Source of the DNA: Marsupella aquatica
Lineage: Eukaryota; Plantae; Marchantiophyta
Length of the DNA stretch: 64,000 nt
Assembly (NCBI GenBank): GCA_973895155.1
Contig: OZ316899.1
Location: 7,009,241 to 7,073,240, forward strand
Direction: 5' to 3'
The number at the start of each line of letters is the position of its first letter. The stretch's first letter is position 1. The notes under the pieces were generated by a model that made no database searches, was not told the DNA's origin, and saw only the letters and a list, made by a program, of their open reading frames with translations. Positions 11,432 through 22,948 of the stretch are shown piece by piece. The position numbers were made by a program, and so were the translations under genes.

Positions 11432-11824
11432 CACAAAGCTGAAACTGTTGTTAGAATGTACTCTTAGACGACAAATAGAAATTGGGAGCAGTAGAGGATG
11501 TCAATTGCAGCTCTACCTTTGCCAGTGATACACTCTCGCTGTTTGCAACACTCTGCCAAAATCTGAGCTCAAACCGCAGCCGATTGCCCTTCCAACTCGA
11601 AGTGAAATTTCACCCCAAGCTCAGAATCCCGAAACTGGACACGTAGCAGATCGTGCATGCTTAGGGTGATCTCATCCTTCAGTGCCTGCTCCTTCCTCTG
11701 GGCCTTGGTCATGGCCTTGTTGCAGGCCATTATGTGAGTTGCCTCTAATCCATGATAACCCAGGATGATGATATAGACATTATCATCTGGGATCATGTTG
11801 ATGATAATGTTGGATCATATAGAC

Positions 11825-12068
11825 ATTATGCGCAATGGGATCCGGGTTGGGGGCCAAATGTTTAGGGACCAAAGTTGGTCTGGGGGTGGCAGGTCTCCAA
11901 AAGCATATATGAGGGGAGTGGTGTCTCCCTGGGGGCTAAGGCCGAGCCGAAGTCATGAGCCGTGGCGGTCGCGACACTAAGGGAAACCGCCAAACGGAAA
12001 TGACGATATCTCCCCAATGGGAAGTCCGTTGGAGGACTTCTTGGGTGCATTGGAAAGCTCTTGAGGAC
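11825..12068 (+). mobile_element. Internal fragment of the AGT..ACT chromovirus LTR
   Basis: Matches 19964-20205 (CATTATGCGC...GGAAAGCTCTTGAGG). Confidence 0.85.
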
Positions 12069-12069
12069 C

Positions 12070-12400
12070 GTCTGTTGCCAATGGCATCAACTCCATTGGC
12101 CTTGGGCCCAAGAGGAGCTCACTCCCAAGCCCTCAAAACTCAAAGTCCATCCTAAGGTCCGGACGGCCATCCTTGAGTCCGGCCCATTTCCCCTTGACCC
12201 GACCAGCCATAGGCTAGTCCAAGTCCTTAGTGTGTGCCCCCAGCTTGGCTCCTTGCCTCGCTAGTGCCATGTCTCATTGCCCACAAGTCTCCATGCTATG
12301 TCCTCCCCGGATGGCCTATCCGGGCCTGGACCATAAGGGAGCTCGGCGTCGGAGTCAGCGACGCCGGAGCTAAGTGTTAAGGCAGTCAAGTTCCGTGACT
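12070..12400 (-). mobile_element. 5'-terminal fragment of the AGT..ACT chromovirus LTR, inverted
   Basis: Reverse complement of ~19456-19790. Begins AGTCACGGAAC at 12400. Confidence 0.85.
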
Positions 12401-12490
12401 TCCTCTGAGTAGAAGAGAGGGAAGGGTGTGAGTGCAAAAGTAGTCAAGGGGACTACCTCTCTAGAAGTGGAGAGCTTAAACTACTTATGT
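12401..12490 (+). mobile_element. Fragment of the 313-3420 LTR family
   Basis: GAGTAGAAGAGAGGGAAGGGTGTGAGTGCAAAAGTAGTCAAGGGGACTACCTCTCTAGAAGTGGAGAG is nearly identical to ~3203-3290. Confidence 0.8.
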
Positions 12491-13506
12491 ATATAGCGTC
12501 TAGAGGAAGGACGTGGAAGAAAGTGGATCTAGTCCACGCGACACTACCCCCTCCTCCTCTCGTGCCAAATCCTCTACGTCATTTTCCAAAAGTAGGAATG
12601 TATTATGGTAGGTTGTCGTCTTCTCAAGCAATTGCATCTCTAGTCGTGCCATCATCTCTCTTAGTTGCTTGCTTGAGCCTCTCAATATCTCCTATTCTTT
12701 CCTCCACCTCTGTCTGCCCCTCTTTCCTATGGAGCATATCCAAGGTGAGTTAAGAGAAAAATACATTTATTTGTTGAAACAATGCAAAGACCTTAAAGGC
12801 ATACATCCATGGCTTGGGGAGCATCGAATTGGGGAGCATCGAATTGACCTTAATGAGGGTGTGATACCAATAAGGCAATGGAAATACCGTCTTAACCCAA
12901 AATATTCTTTAATGGTGAAGACAAAATTAGACAAGTTGTTGGAGGCAGGATTCATTTATCCTGTGCTTAGCAGTGAATGGGTGTCTCCTATAGTAATTGT
13001 GTCTAAGAAGGTTGGCCCTGATGGAAAACCTAAAATCAGAGTTTGTCAAGATTTTAGAAAGCTTAATGTTGCAACTTAAAAGGACCATTATCCTTTACCA
13101 TTTATTGACTTAGTCCTTGACATAGTTGCACAACATGAGCTCTATAGTTTTCTTGATGGTTATTCAGGATACAATCAAGTTTCCATATGGAAAGAGGATC
13201 AAGATAAGACCACCTTCACTACCGATTGGGGAACTGTTGCCTTCAATGTAATGCCGTTTGGATTATGCAATGCACTAGGAACATTTCAGCGAATAATGAT
13301 GGTGATCTTTCAAGAATATTTGCAACATTCCTTGAGATTTTCATAGATGATTTTTGTGTCTATAGCTCCATGACACAACATCTCAGTTGCTTAAAGAAGA
13401 CTTTTGAGAAATGTAGAGAAGCACAACTCTCCCTACATCTGGAAAATGTTATATAGGGATGAGAGAAGGAATTCTTTCGGGTCATGTTATATCTCAGAGA
13501 GATATT

Positions 13507-14331
13507 TTTATTTTTATTTTTATTTAAATTTTGATTTTATTCCGCGTGAACCCCACGGATGGGGGGAACCAGCAGGCCAAACGGCAGCAGAAGCCACAAA
13601 GGGCAAAAGAGTGATAGGACACATAAGAGTCCAAGAAAGTCAAGGACATCAGATCCCACAGATGTTGAAAACTAGTAAGAATCAAGTTTTCACTGGCACT
13701 CAGACAGTTGTATCTAATCAACTCAAGAGTAAAGCAGAATCAAAATAGTGCCAGTGCAAGGGGATGGATGTCTTGTCAGGAGTATGGTCCTAAGGCTCAT
13801 CAGTCAACCAAGCCTGCAAGGGTAAAAAAGGGGGGGTTGTCAAGCAGCACGGAATGCCGTAATAAGATCAAGGGCAGGTATAAGAGCGAAAATTCCTAAT
13901 CCTAAAGATATAAAGTAGGCCTATGATCAAGGACACAAAGGCAGCTAAGTAAACCATTAACTAAGAGCTTCTGTGGCCTAAAAAGGATCAAAGTGCCGGG
14001 TGTCCTCCTGCAGCACCGCCATCCAGGATGGATTCAATCCTCCTAACCCCACTCTTGAGAATGCTGATGCGTTCTGTCTCTATCAGTCCCTTAGCACCTG
14101 AGAGGCGTCGATGTTTGCGGCTTAACAGAGAGGTAGACAGCACCGAAGTGGATGTGATAACCGCATTCAAGTGGTCCAAAATCTCAGAGATCACCAGCAA
14201 TTGATCAAAGATTCTGTGACGAGTTTTGTCAAAAGTTTGAGCATTACGGGCTAGCCAAATGCACCACAGGATCTGGTAAACCGTGTAAATCCGAAGAGAG
14301 TGAATAGGCAGTTTTCCTGCAGCGGAAAAAA
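13507..14331 (-). mobile_element. 5'-truncated L1-type LINE (3' end only)
   Basis: A-rich tail at the left end. Homologous to the 3' end of the 42681-46371 LINE. Degenerate 13-bp TSD TCAGAGAGATATT (13494-13506) / TCAGAGTGACATT (14332-14344). Confidence 0.82.
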
Positions 14332-15449
14332 TCAGAGTGACATTAAAGTGGACAAAGATAAAGTTAAAGTTATTGTGAAATTACTACCACCCAAAGACTT
14401 AAAGGAACTTTGAGCCTTCTTAGGCCATGTTGGCTATTATAGACAATTTATTCATAAGTATGCTGACATTGCGATGCCCCTCACCAAACTCCTCAAACAT
14501 GATGTGGAGTATGTTTGGACCAATAAGAGAGAAGCTGTTTTCCAAGAGTTGAAATCAAGACTCACCAAAACACCAATACTTCAACCACCAGATTGGACCA
14601 AGACCTTTCATGTTTTCATTGACATTTCAGCTTTTTGCATGGGAGCAAATTTAAGTCATAAGGATGAGCAAGCTCGAGATCACCCTATTTATTATGCAAG
14701 TAGACAACTAAGTGCTCCTGAGAAGAATTATTTGGTAACTGAAAGGGAAGCATTGGCTATTATTTTTGCTTGTTTTTACTTGTAAAATTTTTGCCATTAT
14801 CTCCTTGGTTACAAAGTTATTTTCCATACCAATCACAATTCTTTAAAATATTTAGTAAACCAAGCAGATTTATCAGGATGGGTGGCGAGATGGGTCTTAC
14901 TTCTGCAAGAATTTGATTATGAAGTCCATGTAAGACTTGGCAAACATCATGAAAATGCAGATTTCCTTTCAAGACTATCTGGTAAGGAAAGCAAAGCTAA
15001 TCTAGAAAACTCCTTTTCCAATGAAGAAATTTGGCATATAGAGGGTGAAATCTCCATCTATTATGATATTGTGAATATGTTAACCCATTGAGTAATGCTA
15101 GAACGTTTAAATGCAGAAGAGAAACTTGTAGTTTTACAAAAAGTTGGAACTTATACTTTAATTAAAGGCACCCTCTTAAAGTTAACTCCTGACCAGAAGT
15201 TGAAGCGATGTCTTGAGCCTAAGGAGAGTATAACAGCCCTACATGTTGAAGATTCAGGGGCCATTATGCTGTGAATACCACAATTAAGAAAATTTGGGAT
15301 GCTGGCTATTGGTGGCCAACTATGCATAGAGATACTCTCGGCTTCATTAAACAATGTGATCCTTGTCAATGAATAGGGAAGCCAACGGCAACTTCCAGGT
15401 GGCCACTTGTACAATCTTACCTCTTTCACCTTTTGAAAAATGGGGTATT

Positions 15450-17585
15450 TGTTCAACATCACAATAATATAAACACTTTATTCATCTCCATCTATATACA
15501 TAGTAGGTTGCTAAGGGAGTTGGTTGTGTAACCGCCTTGGTCCTAACCTTTGAGTAGACCTAACCTAAGGGGTTATAACACTCCCCCTTGGATGCATCAT
15601 TTGTTGTGGTAAACATGCAGACATTGAAGGTCTAATGTTGATAGGAAAACTAAGTGTTTCCTATGTTTGGTGATTGTTGAAGTGATTGTCTAGTAGGGTG
15701 ATATAAGTTAGGGTGTAACCTCATTAAAACCCCCTCCTTTCTTGTGGGGGAAAAAGAGTGTTACCACCCTGTCCTTATATGTCCTGGAATCAGCGTTTAT
15801 AGAGTAATTGGGTGTTAATCATGTCTGGGTTAATGTTACAAGTCGTAGGTGGTCGGTAATGTAAGGGGTGAGTTGGTAAAGTAAAGCAGGGGTGAAGAGG
15901 GATTAGGTTTCCCGCTGTGTTTGTGGGAAAATGTCGTGTGATGAGGGAAGTCATGGTGGGTCGATTGGTTTCGGTGGTGATGAAATGTCGATGAGTGCTC
16001 GTTCTTGTAGTCGAGTAGATCAGGTGCGATTGGTGTTTGTTGTCGACTTGGAGTTATCTGTCGTTGTGTTAATGCTGGTGGGAGGTCATCCTTTTCGATC
16101 GGCAGTTGGATGTTGTGGTCCAGTTCGGATCTTCCTGCTCGATGTTCGGCTGTTTGAAGTGTTTCTGCTCGAGCTGTGGTCACTTCGCCAAGTAAGTTTG
16201 TGCTCCCCCTGAAGTCGGACGAGATTGTTGTTGTCTCTGTCAGGGGACCTGTGGAAGTTCAACCAAAATCTTGTTTTCGCTCGTCTTAGTCGGAGGAGTT
16301 TTGCCTCATTCCCTGTCCTGTACAAGTTCGAAGAGGCTACGCATTCCAATCGATTTGATTGGTGCTGTGTGTGTAACTGGAGGTAGGGACTTGGTGAATA
16401 GGTCCGCGCTGTTCTCAGGGCCGGGGATCCATTTCACATCAATTGTATTTCCCAGTTGTTTCTGTGCAAAAAAGAACTTAGGAGCTATGTGCTTCGTCTT
16501 ATCTCCTTTAATGAATCCGACTGATATTTGTTCTACGCATGGTCGATTATCTTCATAGATTATCGTAGGCAAATTGAGTTTAGGCATACCTATGGTCTCT
16601 TGAATGTAATCAATGACGTTTCGTAACCAGATACATTCCCTGCTCGCTTCATAAAGGGCAATCATCTCTGAGTGGTTTGAAGAGGTAGTAGTCAGAGTTT
16701 GTTTCGTGTTGCGCCAAGAGATTGATGTGGGTCCAATGCGGAAGATATATCCGGTCTGTGATTTGGCATCTACTGGGTCAGACAGATAGCCCGCATCTGC
16801 ATATCCTGTGAGTGTTAGGTCCATGGTGGTGGGATAAAATAATCCGAGGTCAATTGTCCCACTCAGGTAGCGCAGTATTTGTTTGAGTCCGTTCCAGTGC
16901 CTAATCGTAGGCTACGAGCTATGGCGGGACAGCAAGTTGATAGCAAAAGCGATATCTGGGCGAGTCTGGGAAGCTAAGAAAAGTAGTGCCCCTATAATGG
17001 ACAAGTATGGTTTGTCGGGGCCAAGAAGTGGCTCCTGTTCGGTTCTTTTCCGAAAGATGTCTTTCTCTTTATCCAGTGAACGTAGGTCCATTGGTGATTT
17101 CACTAATTTTACTGTATGCATATTTAATTGTTTCAGCATCCTGCAGGTATAAGTTGATTGGTGGAGGAATACTCCACTCATAAGGTGTTCGAACTACAGT
17201 CTGAGGCAGAATGCAGTTCTGCCTAGATCTCTGGTTTCAAATACCCTATTCAGCTGTTTAATTGTGTCATGTTGGATCTTTTTTGTGCCAAATAAGTTTA
17301 GATCGTCCACGTAGATGGCAGGGGGTGATGTCTGATGTCTTGAAACCCATGGCCAACATCTCATGTTTGAAATGTTTATACCAGGTGCGTCCACTCTGCT
17401 TCAGGCCATACATGGATCGGAGGACCTGGACAGCGAAATGAGTTCTTGCATGAAGTGCTTTCTCGTTCAGTTTGGGCTTAGTAGAAGCTCGCCATCCTAT
17501 TGCTTTTGCAGTGTTGTATAACACTGTTTTGTTTGTGTGGCCAAAAGGGCCTTCACTCATAGTGTTTGTGTCTGGATGCCCTAAT
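15450..17585 (-). mobile_element. Truncated Ty1/Copia, Bianca-lineage-like (RT end, RNase H, PPT, 131-bp 3' LTR)
   Basis: RSMYGLKQSGRTWY, YVDDLNLFG, GYADAGYLSDP, SSNHSEMIALYEASREC, IKGDKTKHIAPKFF. PPT CAAGGGGGAG (15581-15590) abuts a TG..CA LTR at 15450-15580. 5' part deleted. Confidence 0.85.
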
Positions 17586-18102
17586 TTAGATTGGGATATA
17601 GTAGATTGGGATATAAAATTATCTTCTGCATTAAGGGCATATCGAACAGCTGAGAAAATCACAACCGCTAAAACTCCATTCTATCTCACTTATAGATTGG
17701 ATGCCCTAATTCCCATTGAGATGGAGTTCTTAACAGAGAGGACAGTCATTTTCGAATGAATAGAGGAGGAACCCAATTGGAAACATTGGAAGAAGATAGG
17801 TTACTTGCTTTACAACATACTTTACTTCAACAAATGAAGAGAAAGAAGGCTTTTGATAAAAACTTAAAGCCCAACATATTGAAGGATGGTGATTTGGCCT
17901 TAATCTATGATGCAAGATACATGTTTTTTCCTGGTAAACTCCATACCCATTGGATAGGCCCCTACAAAGTGATTAAAGTTTGGCAAAATTGATCTATTTC
18001 ATTAGCTACCTTAGATGGCACACCTTTAGACACAAGGATTAATGCGACAAGAGTTAAGCTTTATCTTGTACACCTTAAAGCTTTGAGGACACGACGCTGT
18101 TT

Positions 18103-19047
18103 GAGGGGGGACCTATGTGAAATGGTGATTATTCCTAGAAACAAGTTAAAGTATCAAAAATCATGAATTTTTTATAAAAAAATTGAACCTCTATGGCCTC
18201 TTAAGCTAGTTATTCCAAGTTATGACGACTTAGAAGATGGGACAGCCTGGATACCCATTGGCAAGACGTCAAGACAGCACCAAGATAAGGCCATTTTCAC
18301 AATTTTTGAGGACGGCCTGGACGGCCCTGAGTGCCGCCTAGACAGCTTCAAGTAAAGGACAGCCGGGACGGCAAGAGCACCAGCCTGGACGGCCCTATGT
18401 GAGGGACATCAGGGACGTCCACCTTTTTCACCAAAGACGACCTGATGCCTCCCGCAAGAAGAGCTCTTGAGTTTTCTCAGATTTTTGAAACTATGGCTAC
18501 CATAAGTTAACCATTTAGTAAGACCATTAGGGTGACCTTGCCTTCAGGTCCTAAGGCTTACTTTTGCCTTCTTAGTAACCTAGTGGAGATGGGATTGAGT
18601 TCTTTGCTTTTTATTCCATGGGATATTAATGGTGCATGGATCCATTATTGCCGATTTTCTTTGTCCACCCCAAACTGACACTTTTTGGAGCTCTATTAGA
18701 GGTTCAGCTGATGTTTGTATCACCACCATTGTTTCTGAGGTGTACCAGTTGAGCCAAGTTGGAGAGAGATTGATTTATGTTGGAGAGGACTTGATTGTCC
18801 CCTACTTTAGAGGTACCAAGAACCGGAGATCTGGTTGGAAGATTGATCAGTGCAGGAACCGAGAGTTAGCTCATTTATTCTGAGTCCTTGTACCTATCTT
18901 TCATCCGACCAAGCCCACCAGGGCTATGGTTTACTTGGTCAGCTCCATCATTGCTTCATGGACCGGCAAGAGGAGGATCAATTGGGCCCTATCTCTTTTG
19001 GAGGTGATCGCCAAGTAGGTGGCTGTCGTGACTACTACCAGTGATAT
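18103..19047 (+). mobile_element. Probable PPT (18103-18111) and start of the 3' LTR (TGTGA at 18116) of the Athila-like element
   Basis: GAGGGGGGA immediately after the integrase end, then TGTGA, the same start as the family-A LTR in element orientation. Interrupted at 19048. Confidence 0.6.
18493..19047 (+). pseudogene. Divergent homologue (family C) of the LTR-embedded PMD-like gene
   Basis: Manual translation with one frameshift and stops gives GLSSLLFIPW..IIADFL..IVSEVYQL..SGWKIDQCRNRELAHLF*VLVPIFHPTKP..INWALSLL. This is colinear with family-A GLEAFVKLPW..LLEFV..VIAEVFGL..NGFFQNTYTNPHIGEMIDFLRVTMHCNLP..DYNGYLL. Confidence 0.6.
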
Positions 19048-19455
19048 AGTGGTGGAACTCGACTACCTTAAATACATACCTCCAGTGTCGCTGACTTCAA
19101 CGCCAAGCTCCCTTATGGTCTAGGCCCAGATATATAGGCCATCCGGGGGGGACTTATTAGCATGGGAGACTTGTGGGCAATGGGAAGTGGCACTAGCAAA
19201 GGCAAGGCGCCAAGCTGGTGTTACGCACTAAGGACTTAGACTAGCTAAGGGCTGGTCGGGTCGAGGGAAAAGGGCCGGGCTCAAGGTCAACCGTTCGGAC
19301 CCCCCGACGGACTTTGAGTTCTGAGGGCTTGAGTGAGAGCTCCTCTTGGGCCCAAGGCCAATGGAGTTGACGCCATGGGTAACAGACGCTTGGGGTGCAA
19401 GTTATGGCCCGATCTGGGTTGGGCCAATCGGGGGCCCCGAGCGATGATGAGATAT

Positions 19456-20944
19456 AGTCGCGGAACTCGACTACCTTAACACTTAGCTCCAACGTCGCTG
19501 ACTCCGACGTCGAGCTCCCTTATGGTCCAGGCCCGGATAGGCCAGTCAGGGAGGACTTAGCATGGGGAGGCTTTGGGCAATGACATGTGGCACTAGCGAG
19601 GCAAGGAGCCAAGCTGGGGACACACACTAAGGACTTGTACTAGCTGATAGTTGGTCGGGTCAAGGGGAAATGGGCCGGGCTCAAGGATGGCCATCCGGAC
19701 CTCCGGATGGACTTTGAGTTTTGAGGGCTTGGGTGTGAGCTCCTCTTGGGCCCAAGGCCAATGGAGTTGACGCCTTTGGCAACGGACGCTTGGGGCGCAA
19801 GTTGTGGCCCAATCCGGGTTGGGCCGGTTGGGGGCCCCGAGCGGCGATCAGACCTGATGGCCTGGGCATGAGCACTGGCTTGGCCCGGTCACACGGGCTA
19901 AGGCACTCCGCTTGCGAATGCCTAACGAGAAAGTTATGGGCGTTGCCAGTTGGTGGCGCGCCCATTATGCGCGATAGGATCCGGGTTGGGTGCCAAATGT
20001 TTAGGGACCAAAGCTGGTCTGGGGGTGGCAGGTCTCCATAAGCATATATGAGGGGAGTGGTGTCTCCCTAGGGGCTAAGGGCGAGCCGAAGTCGTGAGCC
20101 GCGGAGGTCGCGATACTAAGAGAAACCACCAAACAAAAATGGCAATATCTTCCCAACGGGAAGTCCGTTGGAGGACTTCTTGGGTGCGTTGGAAAGCTCT
20201 TGAGGAAGGCTACGCCCTCCTGAGCTCAGCTGGGTCTGGGATACCTTGGGGTCTTGGGGTTTGCGGGTGTTAACTCGCCCACTTGCCAAATCCTGTCAAA
20301 CAGCAGCCAAACTGTGTTCAGTCTCCCAAGGGAGCTTTCGTTGGGGAGGCAAGGTCAAGTAGGTGTGGAGGTTGAGGCCCAAGAGCATTTGGCCCCTAGA
20401 TCATCAGTGAGGACAACCGAGAGTGGATTCTAGCGTCGGGGCCATTATGGTCCCGGCGTGTTGGGACAAGCTTGGGACAAGCTTTAGAACAAGCTACGCT
20501 ATTTGGGCCATGAGCATGTCCTGAGGTCAGGGCGGTCAGTTGGTGATAAATAGGTACAAGGGAGAACTCGGGCCGCGCCCAAGGAAGGAGCTGTTCTGGA
20601 CGAACAGTGGGCATGGGTTTTGGTTCCGGCTTATGGCATTGGGAGGACCTATCGCTGACCTATTTACCAACGTCTGTTGAGCTTGAGTTAGGATGCTAGA
20701 CTTGGCGAGTTCTAGATCCAGAAGGGTTACTTACCGAGATGCTTGGTTGCTTGTGTAGATAGTGAGGACCGTTGAGTAGCGATCGTGTAGGTGAGCAAGT
20801 GCGGCTTCGTATGGGAGGGGCCGCTGGTGGTGCAAGGGGCACTAGGGTGCTTGTTCGAGGTATTCTGTGGAGGCATTCGAGGAAAGGGCACTTAGGCGTG
20901 AGTGCTAGGATTGGTGAGGGCGTTGGGTGGCAAGGTCCACCACT
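19456..20944 (+). repeat. 5' LTR (AGTCGCGG...CCACCACT)
   Basis: Direct repeat of 35323-36674. Ends 2 nt before the PBS. Confidence 0.9.
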
Positions 20945-20946
20945 TG

Positions 20947-20958
20947 TGGTATCAGAGC
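20947..20958 (+). promoter_or_regulatory. PBS complementary to tRNA-iMet (TGGTATCAGAGC)
   Basis: Canonical plant iMet PBS. Also present at 51507-51518 and 58218-58229. Confidence 0.93.
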
Positions 20959-21089
20959 AATTGCTGGCATAGACACCGGGTCGGGGTTGCGCTAAGTCAG
21001 AATCCAAAAATCTTAACGGATTTTTGCGGGGACTTAGTGCTTCAACGTGCCCGACCGGTCAACTGTAGGCAGATTCGGTCATTGGGAAC

Positions 21090-22948
21090 ATGGCTAAAAA
21101 CACTCAATTAAAGAGTAGCAAACAGGCTCCCCCCACCAAGGGGAGAGCCCAGGTTCAAGATGAACAGAAGGATGACGGGTTGACTTCCCTAGATGAACGT
21201 TACGAGCAGGATGCAGAAGACGCAACGGCCGAACCGTCGACCTCTGCGGCGAACACGTCGAGTGCAGAGCGCCGTGGACTTAAAGGGAAGGAGGTAGCTG
21301 ATCCTTCAGAGGACGGGTTGGATGACGATGACTCCGATGCGGAAGGAAGCGACAACGAGGCTGAAGCCAAATCAGAGGAAGAGGGTCAGGACCTGGAAGA
21401 GGAACTGATCCCAGCCTTGAGAGGATTGAACGCGGAACCAGAGGATGATGTCCAGCCGGATGTCATCATGGATAATTTGACCAAGGAAACCCAGGGCAAT
21501 GCGGGTGATGCCTCAGCCCCAAGAGGTCATGGTGCTCGCAAGACGCGGGGGGTATTACCAAAATCCACAAGAGAACCTAAGGACAGACGGCCCGCAAAGG
21601 AAAGACAATTGGAGGACCGTCCTCATACAACTCGCAAGGGCCCAGCCGCTGACGACGGTCAGGGTCCGTTGACTCAAGACCAACAACTCATTTATGACCA
21701 GTTGGAACACAACAAGGGGGCCTATGAAGTACTTACTTAGTCTAGGTAGCCAGAGTGCGACGAGTCCCGAGGGGGGAATGGTAGTTGGACAAAGTATGTT
21801 CCAAGTGAACCAGCTACCAACTCCTCCAACTTACAATGGGGCCTATGAACAAAGTGGACAAAAATTCCTGAGTTGGCTCTCCACGATGGAGATTCATCTC
21901 CAGGTGTGCGTTGAGCGATCCACTTGGGCTATCGCAGCCGCTCCTTACCTGAAGGACTATGCCTTGACTTGGTACAAGTCATGGAAGAAGTCGCAAGATG
22001 ACTCCTCCTTGCCGTTAACTTGGGAAAACCTGGTTGAGGGACTCCGTGCTCATGTCACCACTAAGTACCCGGAGCAGCACGCTCAAAAATGTGTAACGGA
22101 GATGAGCTTCAGGGTGATATCAAAATGTTCATTACTTATTACCAGAATCAGTTGGCGTGTATCCCGGCGGGACAAGAGACCTACATACACAACTTCACAA
22201 CTTTATAGTGAAGCTCCCGCCGTTGCTCAGGGAAAAGTTACAGGAAAAGCGTCATGAGTCCAAAACGCTTTCTGACGCCTTCGACAAGGCAACTACATTG
22301 GTGAATAACCGACCTGACTTGGCGAAGGTGGGTGGCAAGGGATCCGAGGGGGAAGCTGGGAAAGCAAAAGGTCCCGAAAATAAGCGTAAGCAGTCTGAGG
22401 GGGCGGGGGCCGGTGGTTTGGACCCCTAGCCCCAGAATGGAGAAGCTAAGCGAAACCGAAAGGCTGGCAACTTCAAGAAAGGAACCTCATCGGCACAGAA
22501 AGCAAAGAAGCAGGCAACCATGGAACAGAGGCGGGCTGAAGGTTTGTGCTTCACATGTGGTGCCATGGGCCATCAAAGTAAGGATTGTTCCACGAAAGGT
22601 GGCAAGCCAAGCGGAGAGGGAGGGCAGAAGAGCATTAAGGTAAGTATCGCTCTAACCGAACCCTTAGTAGCTGACAAGGTCCCTGTAGGGGATGTTCCTG
22701 CAGGAGAGAGGGTGTTGTTGCAAGAGAAGATACCTCAAGTTAAGACAATGGATCCTGAAAAACTGATTTTTGTGAATGTCACTTCTAATGGTAATCTGGG
22801 GGTTGCTTTGGTGGATACAGGCGCGACCGCCTGCTTCATAAGTGGGCAGGCGGCAGCACGTCTTGGGGTGGACGTGCAAGAGTTGCTACAACCGTTAGTG
22901 TGCAAGTTCGCCAACGACACAAAAGATAGTGTCGAGAGTAGTACATAG
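21090..22948 (+). pseudogene. gag: Chromovirus gag + aspartic protease, frameshifted
   Basis: YLKDYALTWY and LTWENL; knuckle CFTCGAMGHQSKDC; protease ALVDTGA. Confidence 0.88.

Larger units (their letters stand above)
7314..11666 (-). mobile_element. Full-length two-ORF LINE, RTEX-like
   Basis: ORF1 plus APE-RT ORF2, with a 3' tandem-repeat tail instead of poly(A). Host family-A sequence ...ATTCTTTGAT|CTCATCC... is rejoined on removal, with a short TGAT duplication (7310-7313 / 11667-11670). Confidence 0.9.
5313..11746 (-). mobile_element. Family-A giant LTR, copy 1 (5' LTR of the gag element), interrupted by a LINE and truncated at ~11746
   Basis: TGTGGTGCATCCCATGG terminus is homologous to 36860 and 40733 and abuts PBS + gag. 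Colinear with copies 2 and 3 through the coiled-coil coding part (6214-7313, 11667-11746). Confidence 0.8.
12740..18080 (+). pseudogene. pol: Athila-like Ty3/Gypsy pol relic (RT, RNase H, integrase), interrupted by L1 and Copia inserts
   Basis: SEWVSPIVIV, RVCQDFRKLN, DHYPLPFID, FLDGYSGYNQ, EIFIDDF; RNase H PIYYASRQL..EREALA; integrase PFEKWGI; GKLHTHWIGPYKV. Many stops. Confidence 0.88.

Noticed and set aside
11661-11666. TTAGGG at the LINE 5' end as a telomeric link
   Set aside because: A single hexamer with no array.
19681-21007. Recurrent short ORFs in the chromovirus LTRs
   Set aside because: They recur only because the GC-rich LTR is repeated. Starts and stops are not conserved between copies and there are no domains.
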